Shown: piece after piece, positions 44,330 through 52,467 of the stretch
Position numbering within the stretch: the first letter of the stretch is position 1
Layout of the letters: each line of letters starts with the position of its first letter
From: Acidobacteriaceae bacterium
GTDB taxonomy: Bacteria > Acidobacteriota > Terriglobia > Terriglobales > Acidobacteriaceae
Direction: 5' to 3'
Length of the DNA: 61,172 bases
Assembly: GCA_036267335.1 (NCBI GenBank)
Contig: DATAWF010000175.1
Location: 1 to 61,172, forward strand
Notes under the pieces: generated by a model
Seen by the model: the letters and a program-made list of their open reading frames with translations, nothing else
What the model was told of the DNA's origin: nothing
Databases searched by the model: none
Translations under genes and position numbers: made by a program

Positions 44330-46377
44330 TCCCACCCCCTCGACTCGGCTGCGGTAAGAGGCTTCTCCAACTTGGCGTATTCAGTACGCGCCGCTGAGAG
44401 CACATGCCGCATGCCGATAGGCTGCTTCTCATCCGCGGCCAGGAACGCGGCAAGCAATGCGATGTTGCGGATGATGCCGCCGGTGACGTTCAGCTGCGCC
44501 AGGCGCGGAAAGTCGAGTCCATGGGTGGGCGCCTGGGCCGGGAAGACTTTGCGCCAGATGCGCTCCCGGCTTTCGGCTTCGGGAAAGGGGAACTGCACCG
44601 CAAAGCGCAATCTGCGCTGAAAGGCCGTGTCCATCGACTTCTGCATGTTGGTCGTGAGGATTGCGATGCCGCGATAGGACTCCATTTTCTGCAGCAGATA
44701 CGCGACCTCCAGATTCGCGTAGCGGTCGCGGCTGTCGCGAACTTCGCTGCGCTTGCCAAACAGGGCATCCGCTTCATCAAAGAGCAGAATCGCGCCGCTG
44801 CGCTCGGCGGTATCGAAAATGCGGCGCAAATGCTTCTCCGTCTCTCCGATGTATTTGCTGACCACCGTCGCAAGGTCGATCTGATAAAGATCGCGATCGA
44901 GCTCGCGCGCCAAAATGCCTGCCGCCATCGTCTTGCCTGTTCCGCTGTGCCCGGAGAAGAGCGCGGAGAGGCCGTGACCCAGGGTGTAGCGGCCGGCGAA
45001 ACCCCATTCGCCGAAGACCACGGAGGAGTGGCGGGCGTGAGCGACGATCTGGCGCAGAATGCCCATCTGCCCGTCTGGAAGAATCAGATCCTCCCACGAC
45101 GCCAACAAGTCGGACCGCCGCGCAAGATCGTCGAGGGAGCGGCGGGAGGCGTCGCGGCATAGCTGCCATGCGACCTGGGCTAGGTTGTTGTTCTCCGGCG
45201 TGGCCTCAGCGCCCAAGCGATCCAAGCCGCCCAAGCCGTCTAAGCCGCCCAGGCGATCTAAGCCGCCCAAGCGATCATGGATGGCCTCTGCTGTCTGAGA
45301 GATTTCCGCGCCATTCATTTCAAAGGCACGCGCCATTGCATCGAGCGAGCCGTTCATGGCCGCCGCGACGGGGCCCAGCCGGTTCTGCCAGAGAGCTTTT
45401 CTCTCTGCCACGGTCATCGAAGGCAGCAGGATGCGAACGCCGCTCAGCCGCTCGGCCGGAGTGCCGGCCTCCACGTCCACGGCGACCGGAGCATCCACAC
45501 GCGCCAGCCACGCAGCCAGCCGCTGCGGATCGTCCACTCTTGCCGTCTGGACGAGCAATGCCAATGGCGAAAGCGCCGCTTCCCGCATGAGGCGCCGCGC
45601 CAGCCGTTCGCGTTCTTCGGTCGTATCGGGCAGATCCGCTGCATCGAGACTCCATGGCCGCATCCCCGCTTCCCGGCAAAGCATGCGGAAGAAGGCGATG
45701 CGATCCGCCGGACTGGCTCCCACCAGGAGCACCCGATCGTTCCTGCGCGTCCATCGCCGCGCCGCGGCCTGTGCAGCCAGGCGCATTTCATCGGTGGCCT
45801 CCGCCGGTAGCAGCTCCTCTTCCGGCAGCGGATGCATTCTGAGGTCCAGCCGCTCGTCGCTTGCAGGAACGTCGAGAAGGTACTGAAGAATCCGCTCATC
45901 CAGCGTGAGGGAAGCGTGCATCAGCGGCCCCGCGCCAACTTCAATCAGCTCCCAGTACCGCAGAGGACGCTGGCGGCTGAGCACACTCCAGTGGGGGGAG
46001 GGAAGAATGCGTGCCGCCATTCCGAAGCTAGGCGATGGAAGAGGCGCGCCGGCCGCTTGCGCCGCTAAACCCGCACAAGCCGCCGGAAATCTTTCATCGA
46101 TGGCAAAGCCCGCGCACAACAGCAAAATGTCCGCTTCGAAGTCGCTCAGGCCAAAAGTCGCGCTCAGCTTCTCGATCGTCTCCCACCTTCCTTCGCCATT
46201 GCCGCCGTCTTGCTCCATCCGGCCGGCTTCCGCTCGGGAAGAGGCGAAGGAATCGGGTTCGCCGGAAAAATCAGTGATCCCAAGCATCGTTTCCGGCAGC
46301 CGATCCTCCAGATAGCCGAGAATCCGGTCGAGCTCCGTCCACAGCGAGATCGCTTCCATATGCCGTACCGGATTCAT
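44326..46377 (-). CDS. AAA+ ATPase (Afp15/Pvc15 analogue)
   Basis: Walker A GHSGTGKTMAA, Walker B ILLFDEADALF and the CDC48-like SKYIGETEKHLRRIF. ATGA overlap with the cap gene. I moved the start to aa 10 of the ORF. Confidence 0.92.
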   Translation of the reverse strand: MNPVRHMEAISLWTELDRILGYLEDRLPETMLGITDFSGEPDSFASSRAEAGRMEQDGGNGEGRWETIEKLSATFGLSDFEADILLLCAGFAIDERFPAACAGLAAQAAGAPLPSPSFGMAARILPSPHWSVLSRQRPLRYWELIEVGAGPLMHASLTLDERILQYLLDVPASDERLDLRMHPLPEEELLPAEATDEMRLAAQAAARRWTRRNDRVLLVGASPADRIAFFRMLCREAGMRPWSLDAADLPDTTEERERLARRLMREAALSPLALLVQTARVDDPQRLAAWLARVDAPVAVDVEAGTPAERLSGVRILLPSMTVAERKALWQNRLGPVAAAMNGSLDAMARAFEMNGAEISQTAEAIHDRLGGLDRLGGLDGLGGLDRLGAEATPENNNLAQVAWQLCRDASRRSLDDLARRSDLLASWEDLILPDGQMGILRQIVAHARHSSVVFGEWGFAGRYTLGHGLSALFSGHSGTGKTMAAGILARELDRDLYQIDLATVVSKYIGETEKHLRRIFDTAERSGAILLFDEADALFGKRSEVRDSRDRYANLEVAYLLQKMESYRGIAILTTNMQKSMDTAFQRRLRFAVQFPFPEAESRERIWRKVFPAQAPTHGLDFPRLAQLNVTGGIIRNIALLAAFLAADEKQPIGMRHVLSAARTEYAKLEKPLTAAESRGWE
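45211..45276. repeat. In-frame 18-bp tandem repeat (about 3.7 copies) inside the ATPase gene
   Basis: GCCCAAGCGATCCAAGCC / GCCCAAGCCGTCTAAGCC / GCCCAGGCGATCTAAGCC / GCCCAAGCGATC. This encodes (LGGLDR/G)n on the minus strand. Confidence 0.85.
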
Positions 46378-47639
46378 GCGCTCACCTCGATTTGCGGCAG
46401 CCACTGGCCATAGGTTGGGCTCCCGCTGGTCGTGTCCAGGGCCAGGCGGCTTTGCGCGCCATCCACCTCGACCCGTAGAGGAAAAGTCCCTACTGCAACC
46501 GTGGAAGGCACAGGTACGGTGATCTCAGCAGAGCTGGCCGGCCCTGCCAACGGGCGATCCGGTACCGGGATGGCCTGGTCGCCGATGTAGACCACGGCCT
46601 TCTGCATCACTCCCACCTGAGGTGAAACTGTCAACGTGAGAGCAGAGCCCTGGGTGGCGGTGATGGGCGGAGTCGCCGCCGGCTGAATCGTGGGAACTAG
46701 CTGGAAGGGCACAGGACTGGACGAAAAGCCGGGATGCGGCGTGGGCGACGACGGATAGGTCACGCTGCGAAGAGCTCGCACACTGTGGGTGCCGGCGAAA
46801 AGAGAGGTCGGCACGACGACGCGGAGTACCGAGCCTTGCACTGTGGCTGGAGCCAGGCCCGCGCCGCCGTCGAAGGAAACTTGCGTGGCAGCCGGGGTAT
46901 CGCCCAGGAAGTTGCTCCCGTTGAGCGTCAGCGTGCCGCCGCTTGTCACCATCGTCGGCGAGACGGTATCGATCACGGGAGTGATGAGCGGCAGGGCAAG
47001 AACCGACCGGCGCTGTACCGGCAGATTCGAGGTATAGCTCTGCGTATCCTGAATAACCACCACGGAGATTTGGTAGGAGGTCGTGGGTCGATAGCTGGTC
47101 TGGAAAGCGGTCCAAAGGCGATAGATCTCTTCGGTGGTCAAGGCCTCGGGCGTGATGCGAATGTGCTCGACCTGATTGCTGAGCGTGCTGGCGGAGACGA
47201 GCTGCTGCTCGGTGGGAACGGGATTCACGGTGAGCAAATCGGCAAGCGCTTGCTGAATCGTGGTGCGCGGAACCACCGGCGTATCGTGGAAGACCTTCAT
47301 CGCCCAAGCCAGCAGAATTTCGGCGTCGAACGGCTGGCTGCCGTAGGCGGTGACCAGATAGTGCAGGTTGATTGCGAGCGGCGGGTTGGTGAGACGGTTG
47401 CCGCCGGCTCCGGAGGAGGGAAGATCGAGATTGCGCAGCGCTGAATTGATGCTCGCGTAATAAAGGAACAGGTTGATCTGCGCGGCCTCGCTCGACCCGG
47501 TGGCGATGAGATCGGGTGCGATGTTCGTGATGCCGGCCGCCGCGCCCAGAATCCCCGAGGGCCCGCCGCTTGAAAGCGCCGTGGTTAGCAGCGATTTCAA
47601 AACCGCGCTCACGCCCGCTACCGCGAGATAGTCGCTCAT
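46374..47639 (-). CDS. DUF4255-type tail terminator/cap protein (Afp16/Pvc16 analogue) with C-terminal IPT/TIG-like domains
   Basis: MSDYLAVAGVSAVLKSLL......INLFLYYASIN..LRN is the N-terminal DUF4255 pattern. The C-terminal PVIDTVSPTMVTSGGTLTLNGSNFLG..QVSFDG is IPT/TIG-like. Confidence 0.8.
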   Translation of the reverse strand: MSDYLAVAGVSAVLKSLLTTALSSGGPSGILGAAAGITNIAPDLIATGSSEAAQINLFLYYASINSALRNLDLPSSGAGGNRLTNPPLAINLHYLVTAYGSQPFDAEILLAWAMKVFHDTPVVPRTTIQQALADLLTVNPVPTEQQLVSASTLSNQVEHIRITPEALTTEEIYRLWTAFQTSYRPTTSYQISVVVIQDTQSYTSNLPVQRRSVLALPLITPVIDTVSPTMVTSGGTLTLNGSNFLGDTPAATQVSFDGGAGLAPATVQGSVLRVVVPTSLFAGTHSVRALRSVTYPSSPTPHPGFSSSPVPFQLVPTIQPAATPPITATQGSALTLTVSPQVGVMQKAVVYIGDQAIPVPDRPLAGPASSAEITVPVPSTVAVGTFPLRVEVDGAQSRLALDTTSGSPTYGQWLPQIEVSA

Positions 47640-48355
47640 GACGAGGCTCCGGGCTTGCGGTTGAGAAACTCCTCCAGCGTCACCCCTGGACGGAAGGGCT
47701 GCGCTTTCGCTTGACCCTGGGGAGCGCTCGGCGCGCGAAGCTCGATACTGCCGATCGCGATGTGGATCTCCGTTCGTTGTTCGGTTTCGACAGCCTGCTG
47801 CGGCTGTGATTCCGGCTTTGGCTCGGCCCGCTCCGGCCTCGGCGATCGATTGCCCGATGGCGCAGGCATCCGGGCTGTGTCGCGCAGACCTGGCGCCGCC
47901 TTCTGCGCCTGCGCTTCAACCGCAACAAGTTTCAGCGGCGGCCTCTCTTCCGGGTTCGATTCCGGGCCAAGGCTCGGCGCGGAGGCGTGCGGCAATGCAG
48001 CCGCCGTCAACTCCCTTGAAGCTCTCGCTGGGCCTTCTTGCGAAGCCGCTCCGGAAATCAACCCGGATGGGTTTTCCTCTCCTAAGATTTGTGAGCCCGG
48101 CAATGGCGGAGGTACGCCGGCCTGCTCCCCAACAGGATTTGCGATCGGCAGCCGGGCGGGCGGCCGCTCCGCGGAAGCAGGAGTGTGGGATATCGGCGGA
48201 GCGGCTGCCTTGCGTGGTTGGAGCGCGGCCTCAGCCACGTCTTCGAGCTGTTGCGGATGCAACGCCCGCCGCGTCTGCTGGGAATTGACGAGCGGCTCAA
48301 TCCCTTGCAGCTCCCCACGGCTGCGCTGCAACATCCGTCCTAAGACCGTGCTCAT
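47636..48355 (-). CDS. Pro/Ala-rich hypothetical protein, candidate tape-measure/length-determining analogue
   Basis: 239 aa from MSTVLGRML (ATGA overlap with the upstream stop). It is mostly low complexity, with an ordered-looking C-terminus TEIHIAIGSIELRAP...GVTLEEFLNRK. The assignment rests on synteny only. Confidence 0.45.
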   Translation of the reverse strand: MSTVLGRMLQRSRGELQGIEPLVNSQQTRRALHPQQLEDVAEAALQPRKAAAPPISHTPASAERPPARLPIANPVGEQAGVPPPLPGSQILGEENPSGLISGAASQEGPARASRELTAAALPHASAPSLGPESNPEERPPLKLVAVEAQAQKAAPGLRDTARMPAPSGNRSPRPERAEPKPESQPQQAVETEQRTEIHIAIGSIELRAPSAPQGQAKAQPFRPGVTLEEFLNRKPGASS

Positions 48356-49062
48356 GCCTGCAACATCTCCAAGTAAGCGGTTCGTCTTGCCGAAGTCATG
48401 GAGAGAATCGACTGCTCGCTCCATCCGTGAGCCCGTGCAATCGTGTGAACTTCCGCGAGCAGCCGGCGCGCTGCCACGTTGACCTCGCGCCACAAGTAGC
48501 GTTCGATATCCAGATCGAGAACTTCAGCAGCGCCGCAGCAGTTGCATTCAAATGTGCAGCGAATTTCAGCCGATGCGTTGAGGCGTTCGAAGCGAGCAAG
48601 CCAGCCGGGCTGCGGCGAATCGAATTCCTCCGCATCCGATCGAGTGACAGTGCGGGTCAAGAGAGTGGCCTGCGCCGCTGCATCATCGCCGGCCTCGAGC
48701 GCGGCGATGAGATCCGCGGTGGTCGCCGGCCGCATCCGCCAGGTGTGAGCCTCTTCTGCCCATGCCTCTTCCCCTGGAATTTGCAACTGCTCTTCGAGTT
48801 GCCGTGTGCTTATCGAGAATTCGAGCTGGGAGCCGCATCTTCGGCAGATGGTGAATCCATCGAGATGGTCCTGGAAGCTGATCCGGTGCAGCTCGAAGAG
48901 CAAAACATTGCGCCGGGCCAGAGGTTGCGCTGCGAGCGAGGAAAGGGTTTCTCCGGGAAGAGCGGTTTCGAGGAGCCGCAGAGCGCGCCACGGCTCCGCG
49001 TTCTCGCGGCCTCGCTCCCATGCGGTAAGAAGTCTCTCTCCGGTAAGTGCGTGCATTGCCAT
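48352..49062 (-). CDS. Hypothetical Cys4 protein, candidate assembly chaperone
   Basis: 236 aa with CRRCGSQ ... CTFECNCCG, a split zinc-ribbon-like pattern. It sits between the tube gene and the P/A-rich gene. No family recognised. Confidence 0.55.
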   Translation of the reverse strand: MAMHALTGERLLTAWERGRENAEPWRALRLLETALPGETLSSLAAQPLARRNVLLFELHRISFQDHLDGFTICRRCGSQLEFSISTRQLEEQLQIPGEEAWAEEAHTWRMRPATTADLIAALEAGDDAAAQATLLTRTVTRSDAEEFDSPQPGWLARFERLNASAEIRCTFECNCCGAAEVLDLDIERYLWREVNVAARRLLAEVHTIARAHGWSEQSILSMTSARRTAYLEMLQA

Positions 49063-49219
49063 ACGCCTTTTCCCTTCGCTTTCAGGACAGCACCGCCCCT
49101 GGGCAGCAGGAAGAAGAGCCGCGCGGCTATGCTGCGCGTGCAGGGGATGGTCGGACGAATTGCTGTTGATGTGCCTCGCTGTTGGCAGCGCCGTCCGCGT
49201 GTGCGGGCGGCCCCGGCCG

Positions 49220-49741
49220 TTATGCGTGGGTTGAGGTGAAGCTTGGCTCCGTCGGCTCCGTCACGGAGACATCCCGCTCCCAGCCCTCGTTTTCCAGAAT
49301 GAGGTGCTGGATGGCGACCGCGTTGGCGTCGAGATCGGGCAGCGCCTGAAATTCCGAGACCCACGCGCGATAGATCTTGTAGCTGATCGCGAGTTGGCCG
49401 GCTTCGTTGTAAAAATCGAGAATGAGGTCTTTGCGAAAATCGGCGAGCGATACCTCGGCGCCCAGCGAGGCTCCAATCTGCCACACCTTGGCGGCCCAGG
49501 CCTCGAAGGCCAGGTCATGGGTGACGCCCCGCTCCAGAGTGATCGGTCCGAATTCCGTTCGCCCTGGAGACTTGCGGCTGGTGCTGGGGTCGCCGCCCTC
49601 GCGGTGCTTGACAACCTCCGTAGTGCGCTTTAGCGCCGAGCACTTGCTCACTCCGGCCACATACTGGCCGTCCCATTTCAGACGGAACTTGAAATTCTTG
49701 TACGGATCGAAACGTTGCGCGTTGACGACGAATTCTGTCAT
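49220..49741 (-). CDS. Tail tube protein (T4 gp19-like; Afp1/Pvc1 analogue)
   Basis: MTEFVVNAQRFDPYKNFKFRLKWDGQYVAGVSKCSALKRTTEVVKHREGGD....RKSPGRTEFGPITLERGVTHD. GGGAGGAG lies upstream of the ATG. I moved the start to aa 60 of the ORF. Confidence 0.9.
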   Translation of the reverse strand: MTEFVVNAQRFDPYKNFKFRLKWDGQYVAGVSKCSALKRTTEVVKHREGGDPSTSRKSPGRTEFGPITLERGVTHDLAFEAWAAKVWQIGASLGAEVSLADFRKDLILDFYNEAGQLAISYKIYRAWVSEFQALPDLDANAVAIQHLILENEGWERDVSVTEPTEPSFTSTHA

Positions 49742-49782
49742 GGCTCCTCCCTTGTGGCCTTCCGTGGGATTGCGGGTTCGAC

Positions 49783-51807
49783 TTACGACCCGGCTTGACC
49801 GGTGAGCTGCTCGATCTGGATAACGACGAACTCTGCCGGTTTCAGGGGGGCAAAACCTACCAGGATGTTGACGATGCCCTGGTCGATGTCGTCCTGAGTG
49901 GTGGTTTCGCTGTCGCACTTGACGAAGTAGGCCTGATTGGAAGTCACTCCCTGGAAATAGCCCTTCTTGAAGAGCGAATCCATAAAGGAGCCGACGTTCA
50001 GGCGGATGGCGGCCCAGAGCGGCTCATCGTTGGGCTCGAAGACCACCCATTTCGTCCCGCGGTACAGGCTCTCTTCGAGAAAGAGGGCCGTGCGCCGCAC
50101 GGGAACGTACTTCCATTGGTTGGTCATGGCATCGGCGCCCACCAGAGTGCGCGATCCCCAGAGAACAGCGCCGTACAGCGGAAAGGTGCGGAAGCAGTTG
50201 AGGCCCAGGGGATTCAGGCTTCCGTTCTCCTGGTCGTTCAACTGGTAGGTCATGTTCTGCACGCCGTTCAAAGTAGCGCCGATGCCCGCCGGAGCCTTCC
50301 ATACGCCGCGCGTGGAATCGGTGTTGGCGAAGACGCCGGCCACGACTCCGGAGGGCGCGAAGGTCCGCAGTTGCCCGTTGTTCAGGGCGTCGGCCAGCCG
50401 CAAGCGAGGCCAGAAGGCCGCGCCGTTGGGATCGACGACGCCGATCGTGTTGCTCTTCCAATCGACTGCGCCGGCGACGGTGATCACGTTCGGCGGCGGA
50501 TCGAGCAGCAGCATCGCGCGCCGCTGATCGCACAAGGCGATGGCGGCGGAGTAGATCTCGACCGGGTTGATATTCGGGTCGGCGGCATTCGGATCGCTGG
50601 GGTTGGCTCTCGCCGCCTCCGGAATGCTCAACAGGTTGAAGAGATCGACTTTGAGCAAGGCATAGATTCCGCTGAATGCGAGCGGATCCCCAATGAGGTC
50701 GCCGCTTTGCGGCAGTCCCGAGGGAGCGGTTGCCGCGGTCGAAACAAGGCCGAGGGTGGAGGTGTTCGTTCCCGTCCCGAGAGCGTAGTGGGCTGCATTG
50801 CTATAGGTGGGCGTCTTCAAGCCCAGCGCGGTGGCGGCATCGTTGCCCGATGCGGGAGAGCCGAAGGTGACCACGGTATCGGTCTGGTTGGGCAAAAGCG
50901 CGTTCACGCGAATTCCCGTGCCGGTGCCGTTTGGCGCAGCCGCACAACTCACGGTCGCCCCCGGCTGGTTGACCATCAGCCAGTTGTTGAGCGCCTGTTG
51001 TACCTGTGCGGCCAATCCGGAAACGGTTTGCGCAATGGTTGTGCCGTTTCCGATGATTTTGATGGTGGGTGCGGTGGACGGACCGCCAGGCCAGGAAAAT
51101 GTGAGGCTGCAATCAGCGTTCGCGGTAGCCGTGCCGCCGCCGAGCGCCGAGTCCACGCTACTCGCGCCCGTGATCGTCAGGGGTGTGCCCAAAATTCCGG
51201 TCGCCTGAAGAGCGACCGCGGGCGAGGGAAGATTTGAAGTCACACTGACAAGCTGAGAGCCATTGTCGGGGTCGTTGACGACGGCCGTTACGAAGTTCTG
51301 CTTGGTCGAGTCCAGGGTGACGGAAGGGAAATATTCCGAGGTGTTGTCCGCGAGATCGGTCACGGTGATGTTGAAGGCCAGCGGATCTCCCGTCGCAGTC
51401 GAGAGGTCGAGTCCCTGAATGTCGATGTCGATCAGCAGTTCGCCGTTGGCCCACTGCCCGCTGCTCAAGGCAGTAAAGGTCAATTCACCGGAGCCTATCG
51501 CGACCTTCGCGGCCGGCACGGTTCCAGGCGTCGATGGGTAGTGCATGGGCGATCGCACCACGTAGGCTTGGGAGCCGCCATTCTGAAAAAACTGTTGCAC
51601 CGCGTAGCTGAGTTCGCTGTTCGAAGCCAGGCCGCCGTAGAGCCGCTCGAAATCGGAGAAGCTGTAGAGGGCCTGTGCGCGATTGTCGATGCCTCGCGCG
51701 GTGTAGCCCACAAAGGCCGCGATGGAGGTAGCGACACCGGTAATCGCATGGACCGGGCTGGGGAGTTCCTGGATATAGACACCCGGATAGGTGTACGAGG
51801 TAGACAT
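49783..51807 (-). CDS. Contractile tail sheath protein
   Basis: MSTSYTYPGVYIQELPS....TGVATSIAAFVGYTARG is the classic sheath N-terminus, and the C-terminus reads ...VNILVGFAPLKPAEFVVIQI. GGAGG lies upstream. I moved the start to aa 19 of the ORF. Confidence 0.95.
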   Translation of the reverse strand: MSTSYTYPGVYIQELPSPVHAITGVATSIAAFVGYTARGIDNRAQALYSFSDFERLYGGLASNSELSYAVQQFFQNGGSQAYVVRSPMHYPSTPGTVPAAKVAIGSGELTFTALSSGQWANGELLIDIDIQGLDLSTATGDPLAFNITVTDLADNTSEYFPSVTLDSTKQNFVTAVVNDPDNGSQLVSVTSNLPSPAVALQATGILGTPLTITGASSVDSALGGGTATANADCSLTFSWPGGPSTAPTIKIIGNGTTIAQTVSGLAAQVQQALNNWLMVNQPGATVSCAAAPNGTGTGIRVNALLPNQTDTVVTFGSPASGNDAATALGLKTPTYSNAAHYALGTGTNTSTLGLVSTAATAPSGLPQSGDLIGDPLAFSGIYALLKVDLFNLLSIPEAARANPSDPNAADPNINPVEIYSAAIALCDQRRAMLLLDPPPNVITVAGAVDWKSNTIGVVDPNGAAFWPRLRLADALNNGQLRTFAPSGVVAGVFANTDSTRGVWKAPAGIGATLNGVQNMTYQLNDQENGSLNPLGLNCFRTFPLYGAVLWGSRTLVGADAMTNQWKYVPVRRTALFLEESLYRGTKWVVFEPNDEPLWAAIRLNVGSFMDSLFKKGYFQGVTSNQAYFVKCDSETTTQDDIDQGIVNILVGFAPLKPAEFVVIQIEQLTGQAGS

Positions 51808-52335
51808 GGTGCGGCCTCCGTCTCTGGGGGATGCTCTTAGCCAAGTTGAATGCGTTTGCAATACAACCGGAGAAGCGAGACAAAGGACAGTGAAGAGCTA
51901 ACGATGACGGTTCAGGTCGGCTGGGTGGAAACCGACTCAACTGCTGAGCGCAATCGAACCGCAAGCTTAGCGGCGCGTCTGTGGATAGTCAAGAAAAAAT
52001 CTGACGATGTGGATATTGCGCAAGCGGCGCGGCAGGCAAGAGGTTACCTGATGGCGAAGTAGTCGACAGGGGCTCTCGCAGACCGCAGGCCCGAAACCGC
52101 ACCAGCACGCAGAGAAGCGGGATGAAAGAAAATCCGGCAGATGAATGCCGCGCTAAGAAAAGGTAAAAGTCCATTGATTGCACACAAAAAGTTGCGACGG
52201 GTACTTTTCACCTCCACGTCCATCGGAGACGAATGGTGAGGCTTTTCCTGTCATTACAACAGCAATCGAAGAATGTACGCAGACGGTGAAGCGTGAAAAA
52301 TGGGAAAATAACTGCTGCGGCACAATAGACGAAGT

Positions 52336-52412
52336 GGCCCCGTAGCTCAGGTGGATAGAGCAGCAGTTTCCTAAACTGCGTGTCGGAAGTTCGAATCTTC
52401 CCGGGGTCACCA
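52336..52412 (+). tRNA. tRNA-Arg (anticodon CCT)
   Basis: Hand-folded cloverleaf: GGCCCCG/CGGGGTC acceptor, GCTC..GAGC D-arm, GCAGT-TTCCTAA-ACTGC anticodon arm, GGAAG-TTCGAAT-CTTCC T-arm, encoded CCA. Confidence 0.9.
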
Positions 52413-52467
52413 TTCCGAAGACACAATTAGCACTTTCCTAAAACTGCTGCGGCAGAATAGAAGAAGT

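Noticed and set aside
45211-45276. Possible CRISPR array
   Set aside because: The 18-bp units are directly tandem with no spacers and lie in-frame inside the ATPase gene. This is not a CRISPR array.
49063-49219. Attenuator or terminator hairpin after the tube gene
   Set aside because: Only an imperfect GC-rich stem (CCGCCCGC-ACAC-GCGGACGG, one mismatch) with no U-tract. This is not enough to call.
49795-51237. 480-aa + strand ORF
   Set aside because: It is antisense to the sheath gene. Its composition is Arg/Gly/Ala/Val-rich, typical of shadow ORFs in high-GC DNA. The sheath frame has unmistakable family motifs.
26055-51807. Prophage or tailocin (R-pyocin-type) interpretation, or a T6SS
   Set aside because: There are no capsid, portal, terminase or integrase genes and no holin/endolysin cassette. 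There are no TssJ/L/M, TssA or ClpV-type genes. The presence of a DUF4255 cap, a dedicated AAA+ ATPase and a DUF4157 cargo gene fits the eCIS type better.
51808-51900. Sigma-54 (-24/-12) promoter upstream of the sheath gene
   Set aside because: The closest element (GG-N7-GC in CCGGTTGTATTGCAA on the minus strand) has the wrong spacing for TGGCAC-N5-TTGC.
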